A stretch of 64,000 nucleotides of DNA from Alphaproteobacteria bacterium. GTDB taxonomy: Bacteria > Pseudomonadota > Alphaproteobacteria > Bin95. How positions within the stretch are numbered: position 1 is the stretch's first letter; each line of letters starts with the position of its first letter. The position numbers and the translations under genes were made by a program. The notes below the pieces were generated by a model. It saw only the letters and a program-made list of their open reading frames with translations. It made no database searches and had not been told where the DNA came from. The stretch is from positions 224,001-288,000 of the forward strand of contig OZ219789.1 in the NCBI GenBank assembly GCA_964291285.2, read 5' to 3'. Below are positions 45,301-55,552 of this stretch, in pieces.

Positions 45301-45399
45301 TCGGCCGATGTCCTGGCGGATGTTGTCTTCAGGGCGGTTGCGGGGAGCATTCAGAAGGCGCTGGGCGCTGGCGAGTTGGCTTTGAGTGGGTGGTGGCAT
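42364..45399 (-). CDS. Type IIG-like fused nuclease/N6-adenine methyltransferase
   Basis: PADL...FIETK nuclease; GEYYTP; VLDPACGSGTF; VANPPW; C-terminal TRD-like region. Confidence 0.85.
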   Translation of the reverse strand: MPPPTQSQLASAQRLLNAPRNRPEDNIRQDIGRLLDSFDIDNRITYRTPAGPADLYLPRRRLFIETKSDGLADDPHRPQPTYNNETPFQQLERYLLSELEDEQNRLPLDDQPDRHWTGILTDGRIWHAWRYDHARGAIAQHTLDSFRPRDANDLLHRILPLLDVEPIGRPWIPPNPLPIFQPAHDNLRDIYESLQGRQLAETDTKTQLWLEMLRTSSMEPEGDAARHRLFVTHSFLVALARGVIHTLATPATDPDPAIILGDGFVSWTLATGRGRRWAQNLLNQVHEYEWRRQRGDVLRPLYERFVGEQDRKAFGEYYTPDWLAALLVEQVLDDAWCRSAVRSALAAENSRAELDGVGVLDPACGSGTFLYFAAQRLLRSPLLADHSAPRKAAVVARLVNGIDVHPVAAEISRATLLRALPAEPPDGKSSIRIYEGDSLLVNSDDESSLFRPRNGEIRISTPRGGEILLPRSFIEQPAFADNLRRLVNAAANHLPLPDDIAQSVPLPDRAAMEACHASFTTIIEREGNSVWTWYISNTTGPLRLREQKVNRIVANPPWVSMAEIQVENRKRALEDFADRDMELWTGGRDAPHFDIAQLFVKRARELYLAEPARNPAAWIVKKSALTGGGWTRFRQWHQSLLAQSFDLEAVQPFGSGDARRCCVLFETRRSRNLVPRNSPRIVVTAPQSKPTADMGFAEALQFLTFRPAPRPLPKRPSSFLDDNNAPLFRQGATITPKVLSVIHDVLPGAGAGYRTVTTAPSRQKPWHTVPTNRGTVRRRWIRNLLTSNELFAFVVNPAVPKAIIPTTARGTLETVPERHSDFWQDLDHIYQEHRGQGRSTPKTLIERLDYNGGLSVQLVPQRVHRTLVLHPTSGDIMRAARIPPGTIILQHTLHYFTAASAGEAAFLVALLNAPSLHRAYVGSRTSGRHFTNNPWRAIPIPRYDPDDPLHLELAALCARAETIASRFIETAEGRLGQIATSNRIRDLLQERGVFAQIDDAVRQILPDHADP

Positions 45400-45512
45400 C
45401 GGCTGAATGTCCTGATTTGCACTGTCAACGTATAGCGGGGGGTTGGGCGGGCAGCAAAGTCGGCTTCAGGACTTGGGCGGCCGGAATTTTGAGAAAGAAG
45501 AGGTCGACATTA

Positions 45513-46388
45513 GGTTCTGTGGACGGATTTGATCAAGATGAAGGCGGCGGCGAGGGCAACGAAAGAACTGAAGTTTGTGGCGGTCTTTTCGCAGCGCAGG
45601 GAGATGCATTTGAAGCGTTTCAGCTTGCCGACGGCCTGCTCGATACGGGCCTGTCCCCTGTAGAGCGCCCTTGCGAAGCGCTTTGGCCTGCTTTTGTTGT
45701 TTCTCCGGTAGGGAAAGACGGTCAGGGAGCCTCCTTTCCGGGCGAGTCGGCGGTTTCCGGCGCTGTCATAGCCCTTGTCGGCGACGATGGCGCGGGGCCG
45801 GACATCGGGGCCGATGTCCATCAGGGTCTCGAAATGCGGACTGTCGGCCGGCTCACCGCCGGTCAGGTCGAAGGCGATCAGCAGGCCGTCGAAATCGGTC
45901 TTCATCTGGATCTTGGTGCTGAAACCGCCCCGCGAGCGTCCAAGCGCCTGACCCCGCTGCCCCCTTTTGCGCCGGCCGCCGATACATGCGCGCGGGTCAC
46001 CGTCGAATCGAACATCTGAACCAGATGCGCCGTGCTGCTCAAATCCGCCAGCGTGGCGGAAAAGTCCTCGAACACCCCGGACCGGCTCAGACGGTGAAAA
46101 CGCCGCCATACCGTGTTCCAGTGTCCGAACCGCTCCGGCAGCGCCCGCCAGGTGATGTTGTGAACCGCAAAAAAAGTGCAGCGCCTCCAGAAACAGCCGG
46201 TCGTCCTTCGCCTTCGCGCCCCGTCTCGGAAGGCATAGCCGGAAAACCTCCAGCGCCACCTCCCAGTCTCCATCCGTCATCTTCGTCGACATCAACGAAA
46301 CCCCCGAAGCGCCGACGCCTCATGATTCAGACAAATCCTTGTCCGGGAATCCCTGAACACCCCCCTGAGTCAATACATCCACAGGGCC
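45513..46388 (-). mobile_element. IS5 family (IS427-like), copy A; orfA carries an extra frameshift
   Basis: IRs GG..CTGTGGA.G; TA duplication; A7 at 46169-46175 where copy B has AAAGAA. Confidence 0.88.
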
Positions 46389-48673
46389 TAGGCACCCTGC
46401 TGTTGCTCCGTACTGGCTTGCCGCGGCGCCCAATGCTTCGAAGTGCGCATGTCGATCCAGTCGCAATGTAGTTCAAGACGGATTTCATCATCACCCTCGG
46501 GGACTATGAAACGCTTCAACGGCTTGGGTATTGGAAAGTAAAGACCACCGTATACTTCTTGTAGCAAGCGATCCAACTGGATCGCACCCTCAGCCCTGAC
46601 AGTACCTGCGATGTTGGCCGCCACCACTTCGTCAAGACGTATTTCGTACTGAAAAGCCGCACTCACAGCGTCTGAAACGACATATAGAATCTTGTTTCCG
46701 GCCCACACAACTCCGCGCCCCTCGCACTCCGGCAATAAATCGCCATACGCGCTAAAGGCCGTATCGGGCAGGCGAATATAGTAGCCTGCCAAGCTTGTAG
46801 TTCCCTGATCGTCAACGATCTGTAGTATCCGCGGATATCGCTTACCCGGCTGTGGGTTTGTTTCAGCTTGCGCGCCGCCAGTACCACCGACATTCACAAC
46901 CTCCACATCCGACCGAGTAAAGACTTGCCGGCGCCCTCCCTTATGCACCACCCCAATATCGTCCTTGAGGAGGACCCAAAGTTCGGACCGCCGCTTGGCA
47001 AGCAGTTCAAGATTAAGCGCCCCATCACCGAAAAACCGTGGGCTCCATTTCTTGAGCGAAGGTCCTAGGTACTCACGACAAAATGTACCGATTAAAGAAT
47101 ATAGGATTTGTGTGAACCCTAATTCCGTCAGCTTTGCGACTTCTTGATGCCGGACATCAACAAAGATATCTATGGCTTTGCTGCCGCCACGTTCCTTGAC
47201 GAATACCGGAATATCTTCGGTGAGCTTGCCGGCTATCAGCCGAAAATCCCTGACCTCGTAGGATTTCGAAATATTCAGTTCTAGTTCGCTCAGAAATACC
47301 TTTTCGAACCGGCTCAGCTCTTGGTAGTGCTCCACGCAGTCGATTATGCCGTCAAACGGTTTGGCATCGCAGAATTGTTCCAGATAACGCCGTTCCGCGT
47401 TTTGCCGCTGACGGTCGGAGGCGAGCAGGACCACCAGATGCCCGCGCGCCTGCATGATCTGATTCAACGCTTGCTTCTGCGCGACGCCGAAATACACACG
47501 GACTCCGCCCTGTTCTGCCCTCTGCCGAATGTAACCGAGTGAACTCTCCGACCCGTCCGCCAGCCGCACCTTTACGTTTCCGAGACGCTCAACTAGTCCG
47601 TTCCTGAGAATATAGCGGAATACCCTCGTGTGTTGTGCAATCCGCTCGGGCGTTTCCAAAACGGCCTCGATCGCGGCCTTCTCCAATGTGAGTACGATAC
47701 GTCCCAGGAGGCTGGTTGTTTCCGAGTCGAGGGAATCTCGCCCCGCCGTCGGGACGAACCGGTCACAATCAAGACGCCCCGAAGCGCCGATCGTACTGCC
47801 GATCTGAGTCGCACACAGTTTGAATCCTCGTTTAAACACGTCGATCAGACCGTTCTCGAAACGCAGATGCCCGGTCAGACCGATGGGCTCACCTCCGATT
47901 CCGAGCCCTTCGATCACAACCACAAGGGCATGTCCGCGATCTTCGAACATTCGCCCGGATATGGCCAGATCACCGTTCTGCCACTCTTGCGCCCCGGCTC
48001 CGACCTCGGAAAAGTTCTCACGGTCCTCAATTTCCGACAACCGACCCTGGGACACCTTCTGCCCATTGAAGTATATTGCCGTCGGCACGAACCGCACAAA
48101 ATCTCTGAGATAGCCGCGAAGCTGTTCAACGTCTGGCGGTAAACGCAAATGACCGGTTACCATCGTTCCGCGGGGTGCGACCAAGTCAGACTTTTCCATC
48201 GTTACTGATGGTATAGTTGTCCCGGCGGCGCGAATATCTTGTTCCGACAGTCGTGTCAAAGTGCCCTGAGAGGAGGTTTCATTCTGCGATATGACTTCCA
48301 GCACGTCGCACACCCCAAAATTTGCAAAGCCTCCAATACCGAAGGTGCCGACGCAGCCCGCCGCGACGGCTTCAGGATTTCTTTTTCCACTGGCTCCCAT
48401 CGTCCAGAAATAGTTTTGAACGTCGCCGGGCGACATTCCGATTCCATTGTCACGCACGACAATCGTCTGGTTCTCGACTGTGATATCGATCTTGTAGCGG
48501 GCGTCGTTCGTCTCCGCGCCATCGCGATGTGCTTGGATACGTATCGCATCCACCGCGTTCTGCACGTTTTCGCGCACGAATGCGAGAGGCGTTTCGTATA
48601 TCTGCTTCGAAATAATCCGCAGGACGCTCTCGAAATCGATCCCTGCCGGGAATGATGTATGTCCGTCACTCAC
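46388..48673 (-). CDS. Hsp90/HtpG-like GHKL ATPase with uncharacterised C-terminus
   Basis: RENVQNAVDA, DNGIGM, GTFGIGG, RGT motifs. Confidence 0.85.
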   Translation of the reverse strand: MSDGHTSFPAGIDFESVLRIISKQIYETPLAFVRENVQNAVDAIRIQAHRDGAETNDARYKIDITVENQTIVVRDNGIGMSPGDVQNYFWTMGASGKRNPEAVAAGCVGTFGIGGFANFGVCDVLEVISQNETSSQGTLTRLSEQDIRAAGTTIPSVTMEKSDLVAPRGTMVTGHLRLPPDVEQLRGYLRDFVRFVPTAIYFNGQKVSQGRLSEIEDRENFSEVGAGAQEWQNGDLAISGRMFEDRGHALVVVIEGLGIGGEPIGLTGHLRFENGLIDVFKRGFKLCATQIGSTIGASGRLDCDRFVPTAGRDSLDSETTSLLGRIVLTLEKAAIEAVLETPERIAQHTRVFRYILRNGLVERLGNVKVRLADGSESSLGYIRQRAEQGGVRVYFGVAQKQALNQIMQARGHLVVLLASDRQRQNAERRYLEQFCDAKPFDGIIDCVEHYQELSRFEKVFLSELELNISKSYEVRDFRLIAGKLTEDIPVFVKERGGSKAIDIFVDVRHQEVAKLTELGFTQILYSLIGTFCREYLGPSLKKWSPRFFGDGALNLELLAKRRSELWVLLKDDIGVVHKGGRRQVFTRSDVEVVNVGGTGGAQAETNPQPGKRYPRILQIVDDQGTTSLAGYYIRLPDTAFSAYGDLLPECEGRGVVWAGNKILYVVSDAVSAAFQYEIRLDEVVAANIAGTVRAEGAIQLDRLLQEVYGGLYFPIPKPLKRFIVPEGDDEIRLELHCDWIDMRTSKHWAPRQASTEQQQGA

Positions 48674-48677
48674 CCTA

Positions 48678-49552
48678 GGTCCTGTGGACGGATTTGATCA
48701 AGATGAAGGCAGCGGCGAGTGCGACGAAGGAGCTGAAGTTTGTGGCGGTCTTTTCGCAGCGCAGGGCGATGCGTTTGAAGCGTTTGAGCTTGCCGACGGC
48801 CTGTTCGATGCGCGCCCGTCCTCTGTAGAGCGCGCTTGCGAAGCGCTTTGGCCTGTTTTTGATGTTCTTCCGGTAGGGAATGACGGTCAGGGCGCCTCTT
48901 TTCCGGGCGAGTTGGCGGTTTCCGGCGCTGTCATAGCCCTTGTCGGCGACGATGGCGCGGGGCCGGACATCGGGGCCGATGTCCATCAGGGTCTCGAAAT
49001 GCGGACTGTCGGCTGCCTCGCCGCCGGTCAGGTCGAAGGCGATCGGCAGGCCGTCGAAATCGGTCTTCAGGTGGATTTTGGTGCTGAAACCGCCCCGCGA
49101 GCGTCCAAGCGCCTGACCCTGCTGCCCCCTTTTGCGCCGGCCGCCGATACATGCGCGCGGGTCACGGTCGAATCGAACATCTGAACCAGGTGCGCCGTGC
49201 TGCTCAAATCCGCCAGCGTGGCGAAAAAGTCCTCGAACACCCCTGAACGGCTCAGACGGTGAAAACGCCGCCATACCGTATTCCAGTGCCCGAACCGCTC
49301 CGGCAGCGCCCGCCAGGTGATGTTGTGAACCGCAAAGAAGTGCAGCGCCTCCAGAAACAGACGGTCGTCCTTCGCCTTCGCACCCCGCCTCGGAAGGCAA
49401 AGCCGGAAAACCTCCAGCGCAACCTCCCAGTCTCCATTCGTCATCTTCGTCGACATCAACGAAACCCCCGAATCGCCGACGCCTCATGATTCAGACAAAT
49501 CCTCGCACGGGAATCCCTGAACACGCTCCTGAGTCAATACGTCCACAGGGCC
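48678..49552 (-). mobile_element. IS5 family (IS427-like), copy B; transposase ~48675-49456 with programmed frameshift
   Basis: Highly similar to copy A; TA duplication; AAAAGGGGG slippery site. Confidence 0.9.
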
Positions 49553-51333
49553 TAGCGTCTTTCCGCTGTTTCAGCTTCTAGTTGCTTCCTAAAGTCTTTG
49601 TCACCTGTCGCTTCGACGATTCTCTGACCGATTTCCGAAAAATACTCCCGTTTATCCGGAAACTGTTTCAATCCGCCAAGGACTACTTCTTTCGCCTCAT
49701 CATTGTTTCCTCTATCTGCGAGTAGAATAGATAGATTCGCTGCATCACTGAACTCCGCCAACTCCGTATTTGCGATGGATTGATACAGCTCTATAGCTTC
49801 ATCCCTTTCGCTCAACTCTTCTGAGTTCGCCAGACTCCGTGCCTTCATTCTCATAGCTAGGGTACGCATTCCCGGGTCATGCGATCCCGTATGGCGTTCT
49901 GCTTGCTCCCGTAACTGGATCCAGTCTTCTTCAGCCGCCAGCTCCGCCAGCAACATACTCGTATGCGAAAACGCCTTTGCGGGCCTCGCCGCCGCCAGCG
50001 CCCGTGCATCTCCTTCCTGTGCCTCCAGTCGATCACGAAGCTTCGCGTCTCCCTCGCAAAGTTGATGCAGTTCCGCGTCATATGCCGCCACCAAGTCGCC
50101 ATATCGAGCGAATATCTCCGCGAGCGGTACATGCTTATAGAGCACACGCAATACGTTTCGAAAACTCAGAAATGCTTCCGTCTTCTGCTTCAGATCGATG
50201 TCGGGCAATCCTTGCAAAACAGCAAATGAGGCAAAGGAATACCCGTTTTCAACCGGGATTACGACGTCTGCCTTCTGCTCAAGTATAAGAGGAGACAAGT
50301 AGTATGAATGACTTGAGGTGCAAGAATCATAGGTAAGCATTGCCTGAGCCAATTCGCCCACATTACAGATGTCCGTGGGTATGACTTCGATCCGGTATTC
50401 TCTTACTGACTCGCTCGAAAATAAACCGGATGATGGTTTGTATTGAAATACTTCGACCTGGCGTGCCGCCCGCAAAAGATCCAACGTCACGAATGAGTAG
50501 CTGTTGTGCGACTGCCGGGTCTCGAAAGAGGCGCCTGCAGCAAGTGTCAAACAACCCATTCCCTGTACACCTGTTACCCGTGCTTCGGGCTCATGCAGGT
50601 GCCCGCAATGCAAAAAGTGGCAAGTTTCTTCAATCCGATTCATCGCAGTTCTACGGTCAAAATCTTGCAACAAATGCAAGGGGTGATGTGTCATCGCTAT
50701 CACAATATGCACCGGGTCATTGCCTTGCTGCGCAAGATTGCAACCGCCAATCACCTGCCTTTCACCAACAAGCAGCTTACCCTGATCGTCAGGCCCGCCG
50801 TGAGCGAGCCACGCGGAATCCAACCCAATAACCGCGAACCTGACATCCTCGATCGTGAGCCACGACACATAACCCAGACCGTCATCCGTCGGTATACGCT
50901 CCTGTTTCGAAAAATAGTCCTGCTGGAAACGCCTGTAATTCTCTTGGCGCTGAAGCAGAGTTGCTAGATCCTCGCCCCCTGCTAGGATCGCATCCACGCT
51001 GCTTGGATCGCGCAGAGTGGCGCGAGCGCCGCTGAAGCAAAGGCGCTGTCGGTCACGATCAATGTCATGATTGCCGGGAATGCAATATACCCGTTCCTTC
51101 TCGACGCGCGATGCGGAGCACAGCTCATCGAAGAATGTAGAGGCCAACGCATATTCCTCAGACTTTCCAGAAAATGCGATGTCACCCGTCAGCAAAATAA
51201 AGTCCGCTGTCGTCCCTCGGGCACGTTGGTCCTTGATCCGCTCGCACATCGCCGTCAGTACAACGTCCTGAGACCACTCAGCGCTTTCGCTCAGGTGAAT
51301 GTCCGAAATGTGTAGCCAACTGATGGGACGCAC
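49552..51333 (-). CDS. Calcineurin-like metallophosphoesterase with helical/TPR-like C-terminus
   Basis: SDIH, TGD, PGNHD, THH, CGHLH motifs; GTG start with GGAAGAGG RBS. Confidence 0.87.
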   Translation of the reverse strand: MRPISWLHISDIHLSESAEWSQDVVLTAMCERIKDQRARGTTADFILLTGDIAFSGKSEEYALASTFFDELCSASRVEKERVYCIPGNHDIDRDRQRLCFSGARATLRDPSSVDAILAGGEDLATLLQRQENYRRFQQDYFSKQERIPTDDGLGYVSWLTIEDVRFAVIGLDSAWLAHGGPDDQGKLLVGERQVIGGCNLAQQGNDPVHIVIAMTHHPLHLLQDFDRRTAMNRIEETCHFLHCGHLHEPEARVTGVQGMGCLTLAAGASFETRQSHNSYSFVTLDLLRAARQVEVFQYKPSSGLFSSESVREYRIEVIPTDICNVGELAQAMLTYDSCTSSHSYYLSPLILEQKADVVIPVENGYSFASFAVLQGLPDIDLKQKTEAFLSFRNVLRVLYKHVPLAEIFARYGDLVAAYDAELHQLCEGDAKLRDRLEAQEGDARALAAARPAKAFSHTSMLLAELAAEEDWIQLREQAERHTGSHDPGMRTLAMRMKARSLANSEELSERDEAIELYQSIANTELAEFSDAANLSILLADRGNNDEAKEVVLGGLKQFPDKREYFSEIGQRIVEATGDKDFRKQLEAETAERR

Positions 51334-51698
51334 CTCAGCTGGCCTCTTCCCAAAGCAACCTTGCGTCCCAGCAACCCCCAATGGCTCCAAGCAAGTCTAA
51401 GTGCAGCGACGCACGCGACTCTACGGTCCTCAACGGTTCATCAACGATAAACAGCAATGTGTCGTGCCGGGCGATGTGCTCGTCTGTTCCCAACAGCTGC
51501 CCGTCAATCATCTTGCTGCTTGTTTTGGAAGGTCGGGGGTGGCGCAGACGGTGGCCGTGCATCAAACCGTTATGACGGCTGGATTTCTTGCGAGATGCCG
51601 TTCGCGTCGAAACGGGCGGTGTCTTCGAGCGGCAATCGGCCGAATTCATCATGCGGCCCCTCCTGTCCCCGCTTGACCCCGAGCGCCGGGCACGCCGG

Positions 51699-51983
51699 TC
51701 ACGACCCGCCTGCGTTCACGGCATCCCGCAACGGCTTGCCGGCCTTGAAGGTCGGTGCGGTCGAGGCGGGGATTTCCATGCTCTCTCCGGTCCTCGGATT
51801 GCGCGCCGTACGCGCCGGGCGCGCCCTGGTTTCGAAGGTGCCAAATCCAAGGATTCGCACGTCCTCGCCATTTGCCAGGGCTTCACCGATCACCTCGAAC
51901 AGGCCTTCCACCGCATTCTTCGCAGCGGCTTTCGTCATTCCCGCCCGGTCCGCGAGGCGCTCGCCCAGCTCCGACTTGTTCAT
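51699..51983 (-). CDS. HU-family DNA-binding protein
   Basis: MNKSEL, GFGTF, ARNPRTGE, PTFKAGK.LRDAVN. Confidence 0.95.
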   Translation of the reverse strand: MNKSELGERLADRAGMTKAAAKNAVEGLFEVIGEALANGEDVRILGFGTFETRARPARTARNPRTGESMEIPASTAPTFKAGKPLRDAVNAGGS

Positions 51984-52149
51984 TCTTGCGCTCCCATGCC
52001 TGTCATCACCGGCTCGCCGTCCGCCTGAGTAGCATGTTGCGCCATTCTGCGCGATATGCCTCGCGTTGGGACCGTCGCGCGTCCGCGCATGGGCGGCACG
52101 TTTGGGAACGGCGTGTTACGGTCGCGGCGACGTGTTGGCGGGGGGAACG

Positions 52150-52575
52150 ATGCCGGACGACAAGGAACTCCGGGAGAAGCTTGCCAAGGTCGAAGCGCTG
52201 TTCCGGCGGGCCGGCAGTCCGGGAGAGCAGGCCGCCGCCGGAGCCGCGATGGACCGGCTGCGCGGCCGGCTCGGCGCCCCCGACGGGGATGGCGGGCCGG
52301 AAACCGAGCTCAGGTTCTCGCTGCCCGACGCCTGGTCGGTCCGGCTGTTCGTCGCCGTCTGCCGCAAGCACGGCCTGCGCCCCTTCCGCTATACGCGGCA
52401 ACGGCGGACGACGGTCATCGTGCGCGCCCGCGAGCGGCATTTCGACCGCGTGGTTTGGGCGGAGTTCGGCCGGCTTCACACCGAACTCCAACTCTACTTC
52501 CAGGACGTTACCGACCACCTGATTACCCGCGCCATGGGCTCGGACGGCGACGACAGCAACATCGGGCAGCGGTAG
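52150..52575 (+). CDS. Hypothetical protein (DUF2786-like N-terminal helix)
   Basis: LREKLAKVEALF..AGSPGEQAAA pattern. Confidence 0.6.
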   Translation: MPDDKELREKLAKVEALFRRAGSPGEQAAAGAAMDRLRGRLGAPDGDGGPETELRFSLPDAWSVRLFVAVCRKHGLRPFRYTRQRRTTVIVRARERHFDRVVWAEFGRLHTELQLYFQDVTDHLITRAMGSDGDDSNIGQR

Positions 52576-52590
52576 CCGCCTGAAACAGCC

Positions 52591-52854
52591 TCACTCTCCG
52601 GCGGGTTCGACGATTACGCGCCCGCGTCCCCGGCGAACGATGTAACCGCCCCGCCGGATCGCGAGCTTTCCATCCTGGATCATGCCGTACAACGTATCGG
52701 CAATGATATCGGCATTCACGTCGGTTTCCGGCGCCTCGACCGCCTGGTCGAGCCATTTTGCGAACGCTTCGTCGGCAATCGCAGGGCCCAGGGATTTCCG
52801 AAGCGCGTTGAGTTTCCGGAGCTGGCCCTTCTTCAGGCTGGATTCATCGATCAT
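52591..52854 (-). CDS. Small hypothetical protein
   Basis: AGGAGA RBS; protein-like composition. Confidence 0.6.
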   Translation of the reverse strand: MIDESSLKKGQLRKLNALRKSLGPAIADEAFAKWLDQAVEAPETDVNADIIADTLYGMIQDGKLAIRRGGYIVRRGRGRVIVEPAGE

Positions 52855-53133
52855 GCAGAACTCTCCTGTTCCGGATTGCAACATCCGCGGCAGTTAAACC
52901 GCGATTCGCTCCAGGATGTAATATCCGAGTCGTCTTCCGCAGAAATTCAGTTGCGCCGCCGCCAATCGCCGCATTAACGAACTCGCATATGTCCACCTTG
53001 TCGGGCCCGGCGCCGGAGACGGGGCGTGACGAAGGCCGTCACCTGCACCCCCGTCACAAAAAACGCGGCGTCGGCATCACAATCCTCGTCGCGCGAGCGG
53101 AACCGGGCCGGGTCTATCGTTCCCGCCCGCCCG

Positions 53134-53835
53134 TCAATGGGCGCCGCAGCAGCGCCCGTACGTCCGGCCCGATCCGCAGGGGCAAGGCTCGTCAGGGCCG
53201 GCCTTGCGCCCGAATGACGGCGCGTCGCCGCTGTCGAACCCGGCATCCGGCGGACCGACCGTTGCGCGTTCCGTCATTTGCCGGGACCTGGTCCATGCGT
53301 TCAGCTTGCGCACGAACTCCGGGATCAGGCCCGGCGCCATCAGGTCGAGTTCGTTCCCGGCCTCTTCCGTGAACTCCAGCCGGCCGTAGCTGAAGTCGTT
53401 CAGGGTGACGATCATGCCGAGCGACGTTGTCGCCTCCCTGTCGCCGCTGAGAGCGATCGCCTCCCATGCGTCCGGGCGCAGCCGCATGGCCCGTTCGAAC
53501 CCGTCGACCCAGGGTTCCCAGAGGATCTCGCCGTCGTCGGGGTCGAACTCCAGGACGGGTGCGTAGTCTTCCGGCGCCTCCGCCAGTTCCCGGGCGATCC
53601 GGTTGTAATGCCCCATCACAGCCCCGATCACCGCCTCGGCCCCGGCGGTATCGGCGAATGCGTGCTCTTCTCCCCAGATCCCCGGCAGCCATTCCGAGGG
53701 CGTGACCATGTCGGGGCAGACGATCAGGGCGGCGACATAGCCGTCCAGCCCGGCGACGGTCATGGCGTCGCGCCCGGCGGAAATGGCGCAGAGAAGCTCG
53801 TCCAGCCGGTCGAGATCGGGATCCGCATCGTTCAT
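53134..53835 (-). CDS. UPF0149/YecA family protein with SEC-C motif
   Basis: LDGYVAAL..CP..V.PSEWLP.IWG; CPCGSGRTYGRCC. Confidence 0.88.
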   Translation of the reverse strand: MNDADPDLDRLDELLCAISAGRDAMTVAGLDGYVAALIVCPDMVTPSEWLPGIWGEEHAFADTAGAEAVIGAVMGHYNRIARELAEAPEDYAPVLEFDPDDGEILWEPWVDGFERAMRLRPDAWEAIALSGDREATTSLGMIVTLNDFSYGRLEFTEEAGNELDLMAPGLIPEFVRKLNAWTRSRQMTERATVGPPDAGFDSGDAPSFGRKAGPDEPCPCGSGRTYGRCCGAH

Positions 53836-54106
53836 GGCCGGCAGTTATCCGCACCCGGTCACGATGGTCAATGCCGCCCTCGCGTTCCCGTCGCCAACCC
53901 CGCCAATTGGCCGTGTCGCGCCCGGCGCCATCCCGTCCAGGGCCGACGGATGCCACGGCGCCTGCCCGGTTCCGAAGTCCTTCCGGATGCACATCGGCAT
54001 TCCCGGCGCGGCGCCAACCGACCGCCGCCGAGCACCCGCCCGCATCCGACCGCCGGGAGGCAAAGGCCGGCGCCGGGCGGGCAGGTTTCGAATGAAGGAG
54101 GCCGGC

Positions 54107-54595
54107 ATGGCCCAGCGCCCCGACCCCACCGAACGCGCCGCCCGTATTCTCGCCGAGCGCGGCCCCGAGGACCGGCTCGACGCCTTCATGATGCTGACCG
54201 GCCAGGAGTATCTCTGGCGCATGCAGGGACCCGAACGGAACAGCCCCGGCGCGGACTTCGCCGAGGCCGTCCGCCGCTACGAGGCGGATACCGGCAGGGT
54301 CCTGGCCCGGCAAGCGCGCCCGCCGAGCTTCGGCGTCGTGCGGTATTACCGCCCGGACCGCACCCGCGAGGTGGCGGTCTGGCTCGGCGGGCGCATGCTC
54401 GACTGGATATCGACCCGCGGGCGCGGCCGGCGGACGGATGCCATATGGAGCCTCGGCGCGCTGCCGATTGTGCTGGGCCTTTCGTACCGGGAGATGTGCG
54501 CGGAGCCGCTGCGCCCGCTCGCCGACGCCGAACGCCGCATCACCGAACTCGCCTATGTCCACCTGGTCGATCCCGGCGCCGGAGACGGGCCGTGA
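54107..54595 (+). CDS. Hypothetical protein
   Basis: AAGGAGG RBS; GC3-rich frame. Confidence 0.6.
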   Translation: MAQRPDPTERAARILAERGPEDRLDAFMMLTGQEYLWRMQGPERNSPGADFAEAVRRYEADTGRVLARQARPPSFGVVRYYRPDRTREVAVWLGGRMLDWISTRGRGRRTDAIWSLGALPIVLGLSYREMCAEPLRPLADAERRITELAYVHLVDPGAGDGP

Positions 54596-54672
54596 CGAAC
54601 GCGCTCTGCGAAACGTCGGCGCAACGCGGCAGTGAGCGGCTCCGACCGAACGGCAACTCCACCGTCCAGGAG

Positions 54673-55341
54673 ATGACAGACATGCAGACCGTCCATCCCT
54701 CGCCCGGAGCCGTCCGCCTCGCCATGGCGCGCATCCGGCGCGCCGTCGACGCCCATGGCGGCGACTGCGAAGCCCCCCTGGACTGGGGCATCGTGCGCCG
54801 CGACGGCTGCCGCACGATCGCCTGCCATGGCGGCTGGTATGCGCTCGGCCGCCTGATGGACCATGCGGCGGTGAGCTGGCGGCGCGACGCGGATTTCCCC
54901 CCGGACGATGCCGGCGAGACCCTGATGGCCGCCAGGTCCGACGGGACGGTGACGCCGCTCATGTATTTCGAGGGCGGCCATGCGCTGGCGCGCGACCTGG
55001 GGTTCATTAACGCGCCCGCGCTGAAGGGGTGGGCGGAGCGCCACCCGGAGATCTGGGGCTGCCGCGGCGGCGAGCGGATGTTCGCCGGCGACGGGGCCAT
55101 GGCCTTCGACCGGCCACCCCATACCCCGGTCCGGGTGTGCGAGATCGTGGACTGGTGGCTTGCGGTGGCGGACCGGCTGGACGCGGCGATCCCGGTGCAT
55201 CGCGAGCGGGCGGACGCGCTGGCCGCGCTCGGCCGCCACGACGCCGCGGCGCAGGACGCCATTGCGGTCGAACCCTGCCCGGACGGCTGGCGGCTGGTGC
55301 GCCGGCCGTATCCGATGAACCTTCCATCCCTGCACGGCTGA
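54673..55341 (+). CDS. Hypothetical protein
   Basis: GC3-rich frame; CRTIACHGGW motif. Confidence 0.6.
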   Translation: MTDMQTVHPSPGAVRLAMARIRRAVDAHGGDCEAPLDWGIVRRDGCRTIACHGGWYALGRLMDHAAVSWRRDADFPPDDAGETLMAARSDGTVTPLMYFEGGHALARDLGFINAPALKGWAERHPEIWGCRGGERMFAGDGAMAFDRPPHTPVRVCEIVDWWLAVADRLDAAIPVHRERADALAALGRHDAAAQDAIAVEPCPDGWRLVRRPYPMNLPSLHG

Positions 55342-55552
55342 CGGCGTTCCTCCCGGACCTGCGGCCCCGGACGCCGCTTCCGGTCCCCGCCCCGGCGCGC
55401 GCCGCCGCCGTGCCTCCGCAGCCCGCCCTGCCGGCTGCGCCGTCCGGAGGGGAGCATGGCGGCGGTCCCGGGCGGCGCGGACGCGGGCCGGCGGGAGTCG
55501 CTCGCCGAACCCCGCTTCCGTGCATTTCCACACACCATTGACGGAGGTTCGC

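Noticed and set aside
51335-51652. 105-aa ORF upstream of the metallophosphoesterase, faintly like a PIN/DUF3368 remnant
   Set aside because: Similarity too weak to support; may be non-coding.
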